The position numbers and the translations under genes are program-made. The notes beneath the pieces are model-generated. The model made no database searches, was not told where the DNA came from, and worked only from the letters and a program-made list of their open reading frames with translations. 64,000 bases of DNA from Takakia lepidozioides (taxonomy: Eukaryota; Plantae; Bryophyta): NCBI GenBank assembly GCA_030704615.1, contig CM060733.1, forward strand, positions 62,186,001 through 62,250,000, written 5' to 3'. Positions 11,847-22,162 of the stretch are shown in pieces (within the stretch, counting starts at the first letter, position 1; every line of letters begins with the position of its first letter).

Positions 11847-12683
11847 TCACGTTGTCAATGGGACTTCGACTGCTCTCAGAACTAGCTCATGAGTCATGGG
11901 GCTCCTCCAGGTAAAGTCGATTGCAGCCGTTGTACTGCCCCTAGTGATGTTCACCACAATGTCCTGCCCTTCAATCATACCACCATCGAATATGGAAATC
12001 TTCACGTTTTCGTCGTCCACACCAATGCGAATGTCCCCATACAATGGAGAAGAGGAGCGCACTCCTTCAGGAGAATAGGTCTCTCCGATGGAGTCCACCC
12101 ACGTCCAGTGGCAGCAGTTCCACCGCAACAGCATAGCAGTGCGCTTTCTTCTGCATAGGTGACCGTCGTAGCTAGGAAAATCGGAATCGAGGATGCGCAG
12201 GAGCCACGGACTCCTCAGACCAAGATCGTCACCCCGCTCGAAGGCGTAGTGGCCTAGGATATACTCAAAAGCCACCAATGTTTCCACAATCGAACCAGTA
12301 TCTTCTCTGTAATCTGTGTACCAGATAACAATGTCTCCCGATGTGGCCGAATACATTGCATAATCGATGCCTCCAAATGGGTAGTCATCCCGGTTCCGGA
12401 AGCACGGCATCCTTGCAAAGGAGGACCTGAGGACGACTTGGATGCCGATGACCTTGCGGACAGCTACGAAGCCCTTAGATTTTGGAAATGATGCGAAGCG
12501 GAAGAGCAGTCTGGCCTCCAATAATGGAGCATCTGGGTCCCACGTACCCACCGACGGAGGTGGAACGTGTTCATCACGCCAGCGGTGGATGAACCCATAC
12601 ATCTTTCTCATCAACAAGTTATAGTTTGAGATCTGCCACCGAAGTCCATCCCCCCGGATGGAAATTCGGCGCCGCATTAACAT
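11847..12683 (-). CDS. Unknown cargo protein, paralog 1 (true start probably near 12410-12470 or spliced)
   Basis: Open ORF, also open in the copy at 61344..62054. Aligns with paralog 2 (DYAM..SGDI..W, PW.L.I.D.D.PS, RWNCC.WT, YGDIR, DGG.I.G.DIVV, ELVLR..EVP). Confidence 0.75.
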   Translation of the reverse strand: MLMRRRISIRGDGLRWQISNYNLLMRKMYGFIHRWRDEHVPPPSVGTWDPDAPLLEARLLFRFASFPKSKGFVAVRKVIGIQVVLRSSFARMPCFRNRDDYPFGGIDYAMYSATSGDIVIWYTDYREDTGSIVETLVAFEYILGHYAFERGDDLGLRSPWLLRILDSDFPSYDGHLCRRKRTAMLLRWNCCHWTWVDSIGETYSPEGVRSSSPLYGDIRIGVDDENVKISIFDGGMIEGQDIVVNITRGSTTAAIDFTWRSPMTHELVLRAVEVPLTT

Positions 12684-12834
12684 CGAAGAGGGGATCTTCG
12701 TCGTGTCCAGTGGCTATCGGCCCACCTGGCAGTGACTGCCCATAGTTTGCATGGCAGTGTAGGAAACTGAAACGGCTACATTCATGCAGCAGCCAATCTT
12801 CATCGGTCCAGGATCCTGTAGGGGGGAAATTTAA

Positions 12835-13536
12835 ATGTGCCCTGGAGTGTTTGTGAGGAATTGCAGCGTTAGCTTGAACTTTTTCCAGCCACCGCGCTGC
12901 TCCTCCTCCATCCGGGAGCTGCTGTCATTGAGCGTACTCCGCTACTCTTTTTCAAGGATGCCGTGCCGCCGAAATCTAGCCGACTGCCCTTATCATGGCC
13001 ACGATTATGCTATGTTCAAACCAGAATCAGGAGACATCATTGTCTGGCTCTCTGTTTTCACAGACGCTGCTGGAATCAAGCAAGAGTCTTTGCGCGCAAT
13101 GGAGTATCTGGAGGGCTATTACCGCTTTGAGCGAGGTGAGGGTGAGGGTCAATGCGGTCCGTGGGTCCTGAAAATTGTTGACCTCGATATACCAAGCTGG
13201 AGAGGGATGCCGGACAGATCACGCACGGCCTCGCTTTGGCGCTAGAACTGCTGCCAGTGGACCAGGGAGGACGGCACCGGGGAAAACTATATACGTGCAG
13301 ATCACTCCGCTCTTCCAGTGTATGGAGACATTCGGCTGAGTTGCGAAGACGAATCGCACGGGCACATGAGGCCCACAGTGACCTTGTCAATGTATGATGG
13401 TGGTATCATTGATGGACATGACATTGTCGTCGGCTCCAGCAAGGGCAGCAGAACGACCAAATTGCAGTTTACCTCGAGGTGCCGCAGCAGTGATGAGCTT
13501 GTTTTGAGGGGTATCGAAGTTCCGTCGACTTGGTGA
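12835..13536 (+). pseudogene. Unknown cargo protein, paralog 2 (TGG>TAG stop at 13243 in this copy)
   Basis: ORFs 12835..13245 and 13318..13536 are one frame. Intact in 60381..61082. Confidence 0.75.
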
Positions 13537-13792
13537 AGTCCATGTAGAAGGAGGAAGGGCTTAGTTTTGTCTGCAGTTGGTAAATGTGAGACATCGTGTC
13601 CGATCAATAAACCCATCGTACCTCACTTCTGTATGATTGTGTTTCATTCTGTTGAATAACTGTCGGAATTGGCCTACTGTTTACAATTTGATGTCTCATT
13701 TCTACAATTTGTCTGTCCGGATGAATATACCAGAGTAACCGGTATGAGAGTCATGTGTCAAGAATATACCAGAGTAACGCCATGTCGGACAA

Positions 13793-14530
13793 GGAAATGC
13801 GGTGCCGCATTTCCGTGCCGACATGGAAATGTATGAACCGCATTTCAGTGTCGGACAATGGAATGCGGTGCATCATTTCCGTCCAGGTACACGAAATACC
13901 AACACGGGTCTATAAATTGGACAGACAACGAGGTTGGCATTGCAAATGCGGCGACGCATTTCCAGCTTGGCAATGGAAACTTCTTTTTAGACAAGGGAAT
14001 GCGGTGCCGCATTTCCGTCCAACACTTCGAAAAGTGCACCCATTTCCGACCAGCTCGATGGAATGCGTTACCGCATTTCCGTGAGAGGGTCTGCAAATGG
14101 ACAAATTGCGATGTCCGTTCTGGAAATGCGGCGCCGCATTTCCATGTCCGTCATCGACTTTTTTTTGACAATGGAATGCGGTGCCAATTTTTGCTGATGG
14201 GCCTGCAGTTCAAACAAAGACCATCCCCAATATGGAAATGCGGTACCGCATTTCCAATTCCGCCATCTCGACCTCCTTGTTCGACCTCCTTGTTCGACCT
14301 CTGTAAGCGTGGTGGCATCCATGCAATGAGCGGGAGAAGCCAAAACTGGCGTGTGGACAAAGGAAATTTTGGAAATGCGGCACCGCATTTCCAATCGGCC
14401 GATTACTTTTTACTATGCCAACATTGAAATGGAAAATTTAGTCCCACCCCTGTTTTGGAAATGCGGTGCCGCATTTCCAAAAGAGGTTCTTAGAGTTGCC
14501 AAAATTTTGGAAATGCGGTGCCCCATTTCT
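13793..14530. repeat. Loose array of A-type palindromes GGAAATGCGG-NN-CCGCATTTCC
   Basis: About a dozen copies between the 3' ends of two convergent genes. Confidence 0.85.
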
Positions 14531-14666
14531 GATTTTGGGAGCGTCGTGGTTTGGGCGATTTTGTGGCTGGAATGCACACTGGAGAGGGGTCACGAATGTC
14601 GGGGAGATTTTCCTTTATATACTCTGGAAGAGAATTTACATTTACAGAGACTTCATTAAAATTCTA

Positions 14667-17600
14667 TTAATCTTGAAAATCATCCGAATCCTCATCCTGT
14701 TCTAGACTGTCCTGCTCCGCCTCCACCCCCTCAGTGCCTTTCTCATCTCCAGCGGACTGCTCGTTGGCCAGGCTTTCGAAAATCCCATCTTCCCCTTGCG
14801 GAACTGTCCATCTCACCTCCGTTGGGTCGTCTTCCTCCCTGTCTGCGTCGCTCTCATCCGTTGAATCACATATGTACTTTCGTACCCGTCTACCTGTCTG
14901 AGCTGCTGCCAACTCTTTCCTTATCCTTCTGTCCTCCCTAGCCCTCTCCAAAATCTGCTCTACTTTACTGGGATTCTCACTTCTTCTAATCAGTGTATTT
15001 GCGAGTTTAGCTGCATAACTAGGAAGGGAGTAGTCCCTCACCGGGCTCGTCATGAAGTCGGCCCTCGCAAAGAACGGGACATTCTTCCTGGCAGGAAGTG
15101 TAGGCCCTACATGTTTCGACCCGGACCCTGCAATCCTGCACATGACAATCATCAACGAGACTAATGAGAACCACAGTCGGGAAATTCGTTTGACAAAAAT
15201 GACCCAAAAGGCTTTGCAAACTTACAATGTTTGCACTCACTCGTATTCCGGGTTCTCCTCCGCATCAATGTCCACTGTGTCTTCCTCGGACTCCGACGAA
15301 TCCGAGGAGACTTCCGCTCTGTTGGGAGCCTTAACATTCCGTTGCAGCCCTTCCAGATGGGATCCCCACACGGATGAATCCTCCTCGTAGGCAAAGAGGT
15401 GCCGGTCGGAAAACCGCCCAGCCCACATTGAGGCACCTGTTACAATGCCATCCACACATTACCACATGGCGCTTCAGATGTTGCGAACTACATCCTAACG
15501 AGAATTTGCAGAACAGCATAGATCAAGATTCTGCATACCTGTCCCACAGATGAGGTCGAGCACTGTGCCCTCCACGTCTGTGCATGTCTCCATAATTGTC
15601 TGAATGAAGGCAGGGCTCCGAGTCCGTGAGTATCGCAGGGGTTCCGTTGAAGTGAGGCTATGAGGGAGAAGTTCCTTGGGAACGTTGTTGAACAGAACGT
15701 CGTAATCGAGGGGGTCGCAGTTCGGGTCAACCTTTCCTCCCTCCTTCCGGAAAGCAAAGGTGGAGTTCTCCTTCACAAAGCAGTATGCATCGAACTGCTT
15801 CGTCTGCATACACAGGGGGAACGATTAGAAACCGAATGCGGCACCGCATTTGAAAACACCCAAGCAAATGAATGGACGAGTGCCAGTGTCGTAATCACCT
15901 TCTTCCCTTCCGACCGAAGGCCCAGCGTGTTGATGCACGTCCACTTCTTTTTCAGAATCGGGACGGCGCTCTTGCGGGTCCACTTCGCAATTCCTGTCTG
16001 AGTGTTTTTTCCTCTGCTCGCCAGGACAACCACATAGCCTCTGTCGTCCAACACCATGCGGGCAAGCCCGAATCCTTTCTTCCAAAAGTCCTCCGAGTAC
16101 CTGTTCCAAGATGGCAAAGCTTGCAGTCCTTCCACAGGCTCTCCGTCCGGAATATCCAAGATGATCATATCGCAAGACCACTCGGTGGCATTTCCGCCCC
16201 TCCTACAATCCTTGTCTGCACACACCCTCTCAAAGAACGAGACCATATTCTGAAATCCTGGGGTGTCGGAAGGCTCTTCGGCAGTCGCCTTCTTCAGTGC
16301 TCTGCCCTTCAGACCCTCCATGGTCTTCATGTATGCCAACTTGGCTGCCCGTCCATCCAAAGCCGCCAAGAAACTCTCATTTACACACTGGACTACTGTT
16401 TCGGGAGCCACTTTCGGCCTCTTCATTTCCACCGGCTCGAAAGGGTGCCCCCTGGGGGGTTGAAGAGTGCCTTCTTTGCCGAGCTAGTTCTCGTGCCTCT
16501 CGTGACAACGGTGGGCACAGGGGAGGCAGCCTGCGTTTGGGGGGGTGGGCTGGTTGCAAAGTCTCCATCGGAGTCCTCTTCCTCACCCTCTTCCTGAACA
16601 GGCTGTTTCTGCTTCTTCGTTTTGGCGGGTGTCACAACAGCTGCTCCTTGCTGGCGAGTCCTCTTCTTCGACCCCTTCTGTTGGGCTTGCACAGCTGCAT
16701 CCACCGTCTTTTGTGCCATCTCAGCTGCCTTTCTGGATTCTTCCAGAGCAGCAGATTCCTTTGCCGACTTTGGCCCAGCAGGGACACGTCTTTCCTTTCT
16801 CTTCTCTTCTGCCAAGGCGTGCAGATCTTTTCAGACTCGTCAACAATACCGCCAGACATATCCAGGTACCAGGGGCATCCAACGAGATGCGCGGGATGCC
16901 ATTGTTTCTGCATCTCGGGTGTGTAGACACAGCTTGGGCCCGCCACGGTCCAAGCCATGAAGAACGGGGGCTCTTGAGCCAGGGCCCCTGTCTGAAGGAG
17001 CACGTATTTCATATACTTGCAAGGCAGTCAGCATGCGTGAGCATAAGATTGGACGAACCTACTGGCAGAGTGCCACCGAAAACATAAAATGCGAATGCGG
17101 TGCCGCATTTCCGAGACAAACCTCGTAACCAGGCTTCGCATACAAGGGCAGCTGTGCTTAACTGTAAACAATTCGCATTGCAGCTTTCCCCGCTCCCTCC
17201 TGATGTGTAAACTCCACGCTCCTTCTTGCTGTCTGTAGCTCTCTGGCGAAAATGTTGTCCTTGTACGCACATCTGAAACGTGTCACGTAGTCTTCCAATG
17301 TCTGTGTTCCATCCCATTTGACGTACAAGCCGAACGAATTTGTGTGCATTACGACTTGCTCCTTCGCATTCGACATTACCTGCGATTCCCACATGCATTG
17401 TCACGTAGCAGTTCAGGGAATTCATTTCAGAAAAGCAAATCTGGGGAAGTACCTTGAATTACCTGGAACCACCAAGTCATGCGGTTGAGCCACACATCCA
17501 CTGCAGGGTCGGAAACTTCCAGTGGAAAAGACCACATTGTCCTTATGCTCTCGGATGCATTCCAGATCGACAGCCACCGTGTCTGCCATTTCCGATCCAA

Positions 17601-19785
17601 TGTCAGGAGCTGGAAGAGAGTGGCTATTGCTAGGAAGGAACTTCAGTGCATTGAAACCTCACCTTCTCTTTCGCCTCAACACATGCCGTTGAGAGGTGAT
17701 GCAGTTTCTCCAATTGCATGGTCGGCTGCATGGCCCGAGAATAGTGTTTTGCAATCTCGGGGATGAAGTCCTTTCCAAGTGCCGGATCTGCAATTGCCAC
17801 CAGCTTCACAAGCTTTGACTTGTATTTGGTTCTGGACTTGACACCGGCTTCCTTCAAGTGCTCAGTCAATGACTGCAACGTTTTCACCTGCCCCTCACTT
17901 TCCATGAAGAAGCGTTTGGCATGGGCCAAATCCAGCTTGATGTTTGACTGCCAACAAAAACATGCAGAAGCGTTACATTCGATTCATGTGGAAAGATTAC
18001 TGGAAATTTCAATCTGAAGGATGAGCAGAGGGAAATCGGAGGACGACTTACTTCGTATATCACCTCCACCATTCCATCCATAGTGAGACGATACCATGTC
18101 CGGTCAGTTTTTGCCACGGCTTTCTGAATGAGCTCGGGCTCCAGCATTTCCGCAAACATGTGCGGATCAGTGAGACCAGTTTTCCTCACCCTGTACAGCA
18201 TATGTGCCATGTGGGTATGCACGTACGCATTTCAGTGACCCTGCAAGGCACACTCTCCAGTTCAGTACACGAAGCACGGAAACAAAACAGATTGGAAACC
18301 GAAATGCGGCACCGCATTTCGAACGTGCTTGGGAGGGTATGAGTATCTTACGAGTTGAGGTCCGCCATGGCATTCTTGAGCAAGGAGGAGTCTGCCGCCT
18401 TCACCTTGAGGATGACACACTCCACCATGTAATGCCAGCCAATGTGCTTGGCATGGTTCTGCTTGATGTACTCCCACCAGGCGAGAAGTCGGTGATTCCC
18501 GTCCCACACAAAGAACATTTTACCCGACATATGGCCGAAGTCTGGATCACCCTTCAGCGTCGCCTCGAATTCGTTGTTGCGAGTGTGCCAGTGGGTATCC
18601 CACGTTGACAATTCATCGGCAGTGGGTCCACGAGTTTCGCCGTCCTCATTCTCAATGGAAACGTAAAACGCTGCCGATCCCAGACGGTACCCTTTTCGAA
18701 ATGCGAACTTGAGCTTATCCACATCTCCGGGAAGGGCCTGCCTGACGATGGGAAGGGAGACCATGCGACAGAGTGGGATTCGAAGAGTCCGCTGGAATAC
18801 CCTGCTGCCCAGAACTCTGCCAATGCTACTGTGTGTCTCCTCCAACATTTTATCAGCTGCACTTTTGAAATCCTCCGGAGACATGTCTGTAGGTGCCGGT
18901 AGTGGCTGAGCAGCTGGAGCATCCTCAACTGGAGCTGCACTCTGGGGCCTGTCTGCGGGCAATTCTGCCATTGCAGAGGCCTCCTCCGGGCCTGCTTGCT
19001 CATCGGTGGTGAGGTCTTGCTGCGAACGTTGAGCGGCAGCACCCTCCTCCGGTACCAAATCGACAGAAACGGTCGATCCCATTGCCTTCGCTGCAGCAGA
19101 GTCGGCCCCAACATCTGCAGGCGGGAAATCCTCCAGGAACTGAGCTTCAGCTCGTGGAAGCGGTTTTGCGGGAGATTGTTCGGCCGTCGCCCTGATTGCC
19201 TTCTGCTTCCTCATCCTTGCAGGTGAAGGTGTCTGCTGCAATTGAATCTGTCTTTTACCTGCTGCTTCATTCGCGTTGGTGGGGGTGAAGCGGCCTGAGC
19301 CGGTTCAGAAACCAGTAGAGGGACGGGCTGCTTCTTCTTCGACTTTGCTGGAGAAGGGCCCGACCCTGCTGGCGATCTCCATGACCGAAGAACGCGAGTC
19401 GATCTCTGGGGCTTTGAACTTGCCCTTCGAAGCCGCGTCTTTGAAACGCACAGGGCTAGGCCCGGCAGGAATACCCGCGCTCGGGGATCGGGTGGGTGTA
19501 CGTGCTGCAGCTAGCTCCTCGGACTCTTCCTGCGGCTCTTCGGATTCCTGCGATCCCTCCAGCACGTCCACCTTTCCTGTTAGGCATGCAAACATGTTCT
19601 GCATTCAAGTCTCCTAGCATTCAGTCTAAGAATTACAGAAGCAAAATGGGGGGTTCGGTGCTCGATCAGCTGCGCGCAGCCCGATCGCATGGAGCTCTCA
19701 CTGGTGGCTGGGTTGCCTGAGTGGCCTGCTGCTCGGAGATGGCAATCTCCTCCTGTAGACGCATCTGCTTCCTCCCCTTCGGCAT
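14667..19785 (-). CDS. Multi-exon ParB/Srx-like + beta-class amino-methyltransferase-like fusion protein (a few frameshifts in this copy)
   Basis: VWDGNHRLLAW at ~18480-18510, CDMIILDIPDG at ~16140-16175, RSPAFIQTIMETCTDVEGTVLDLICGTG followed after an intron by ASMWAGRFSDRHLFAYEED. GT-AG introns link the ORF pieces. The 5' end is approximate. Confidence 0.75.
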
Positions 19786-20285
19786 TGGCCTACGTCCGAA
19801 GTATAATTTTCGGAGCTTGCGACGAGGTCTCCTGTATGGTGCACGAACTCCCCCCCTCTCAGGTTCGAGCATAAGAAGAACAGAGACAGGGAAAAGGGGC
19901 AAAGAGTGCAGATGGAAAGGGCGCGAGAGGGGTGACTGAGGAGACACGACAAAAGTAGATGAAACGGCGGTGATGCACCACTTGGGTTCGAAAGGGTTGG
20001 ACGAAAGTGTCTCCTCGTGGACTTTGCGTCATTACGAAATTCGAATCGTTCAGGGTACGCCTGCCGTCCGAAAAACAAACATCATTATCCAACGGTCAGG
20101 CCGCGCCGCCTCATGCCACTTCAGTCAGATAGAGTGCAGACATGTGCCGCAATTCCGTTGCTCCACGTGTTCACATTTCAAGGCATTTCCGTCCCAGCGT
20201 CTGATGAGTTGGAGTGAAAATGCGAATGTGGCGCCGCATTTCCGTTAAGTACCATCACGAAGCTACACATCCGTACTTGTTGGAA

Positions 20286-21745
20286 GAAAATGCGGCACCG
20301 CATTTCAGTTCCACCTTCACATACCTTAGTTGTTGAACGGAAATACGGTGCCGCATTTCCGTCCCACAGCTCCATGTATGAGATACAAAAGGGAAATGCG
20401 GCGCCGCATTTCCGTTCAGGAATGTCGAAAGGTGCGATTCGGACGGAAATGCGGCACAACATTTCAGTTCCCGTGGTTCATGATTTTCAATCTGAATCGA
20501 AATATGGTACCGCATTTCCGTTCCCCCTTCACATACCGCAGTTGATGAACGGAAATGCCGTTCCACATTTCCGTTCGGGAAAGTATAGAGGTCTCACCTG
20601 AACAGAAATGGGGTGCCGCATTTCCTGTCTGGAAAGTTTGAAGGTCTCACATGGATGGAAATGCGGCACCACATTTCCGTCCCACAGCTCCAGGCCTCGT
20701 ATACAAAACGGAAATGCGGCGCCGCATTTCCGTTCGAGAATGTCGGAAGGTCCGACTCGGACGGAAATGCGGAGCCGAATTTCTGTTCCCGTTGTTCACG
20801 ATTTTCAGTCAGAACGGAAATGCGGTACCGCATTTCCGTTCTATAGAGTATTAAGGTCTGACCCTGGCGGAAATGCGGTGCCGCATTTTTGTTCCACAGC
20901 TCCATGCCTCACATACAAAACGGTAATGCGGCGCCGCATTTCCGTTTTGGAATGTTGGAAGGTGCGACTCCGACGGAAATGCGGTACCGCATTTCAGTTC
21001 CGATGTTTCACGATTTTTCATCAGAACGGAAATGCGGTGCCGCATTTGCGTTCTGGAATGTTGGGAGGTGCGACTCGGATGGAAATGCGCTGCCGCATTT
21101 CAGTTCCGATGGTTCACGATTTTCAGTCAGAACGGAAATGCGGCACCGCATTTCCGTTCTGGATAGTATGAATGTCTCAACCGGTCGGATTTGCGCTGTC
21201 TCAAGCGGTCGGAATTGCACTCGGCTCCATGCATCAGATACAAAATGGAAATGCGGCGCCGCATTTCCGTTCTAGAATGTCGGAAAGTGCGACTCGGACG
21301 GAAATGCGGTGCCGCATTTCTGTTCCCGTTGTTCATAATTCTCAATCAGAACGGAAATGTGGTACCGCATTTCCGTTCCACCTTCACATACCGTGCTTTT
21401 TGGATGGAAATACGTTACCGCATTTCCGTTCTGGAGAGTGTTAAGGTCTCACCCGGGCGGATATGCGGTGCCGCATTTCCGTTCTGGAATGTCGGAAAGT
21501 GCCACTCGGACGGAAATGCGGTGCCGCATTTCTGTTCCCTTTGTTCATGATTCTCAATCAGAACGGAAATGCGGTACCACATTTCCATTCCACCTTCACA
21601 TACCGTGCTTGCTGGATGGAAATGCGTTACCGCATTTCCGTTCTGGAGAGTATAAAGGTTTCCCCCGGACGGAAACTCGGTGCCGCATTTCCGTCGCTCT
21701 GGTGCATGACCAAGATGCAATACGGAAATGCGGCGCTGTATTTCC
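20286..21745. repeat. Regularly interspaced palindrome array, 53-bp period, ~27 units
   Basis: Palindrome starts at 20286, 20339, 20392 ... 21134, then 21247, 21300 ... 21724. The 31-bp spacers fall into about five recurring types. Confidence 0.95.
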
Positions 21746-22162
21746 GTCCACCAGCAATCGAAAGAATCACTCGGGACGGGAAATCTGGAACCTGAATGGG
21801 TTGCATTGTTCCGAAACAACACAATTGCGGCCAGTCTTGATGAGCACAACTTGGTTGTCTGACCGTTTTAACTAACAGTACTGGCACTTGTCAGTGCGAA
21901 CGTTCTTGTCTGCACCGAGAATACTGCTGGATCCACCCTCAGGAGAAACTGTCAGGAGATGTTATTTCGTCGCCGAATCGGCCATTATTGTCTTACTTAC
22001 TGGCTATGGAATCACACCTCCCACCTTCATGCATGTAGCTTGAAACAATACTTTCCACTTCAATGTGCGACTTCCAATCGTCGATGGACTCCGCATGGTG
22101 CCTGTGAGCCTTGGTCTGTCGCTATACTGAACCTCGCACTTGCCAACTTCGTGCGGTCTTCG

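Noticed and set aside
13755-14705. Many overlapping ORFs rich in GNAAPHF, KCGAAF or EMRRRIS (also 20178-21887, 28546-31686, 44779-47595, 52900-53930, 59249-60171)
   Set aside because: They are translations of the stop-poor palindrome in all six frames, not genes.
20286-21745. Bona fide CRISPR array
   Set aside because: Spacers recur as a few related types, the repeats are degenerate, there are no cas genes, and the context is eukaryotic.
20286-21745. Spacers as guides matching the Gypsy target sites
   Set aside because: By eye I found no match between the spacer types and the flanking pol or TSD sequences. A short-word alignment would be needed to exclude it fully.
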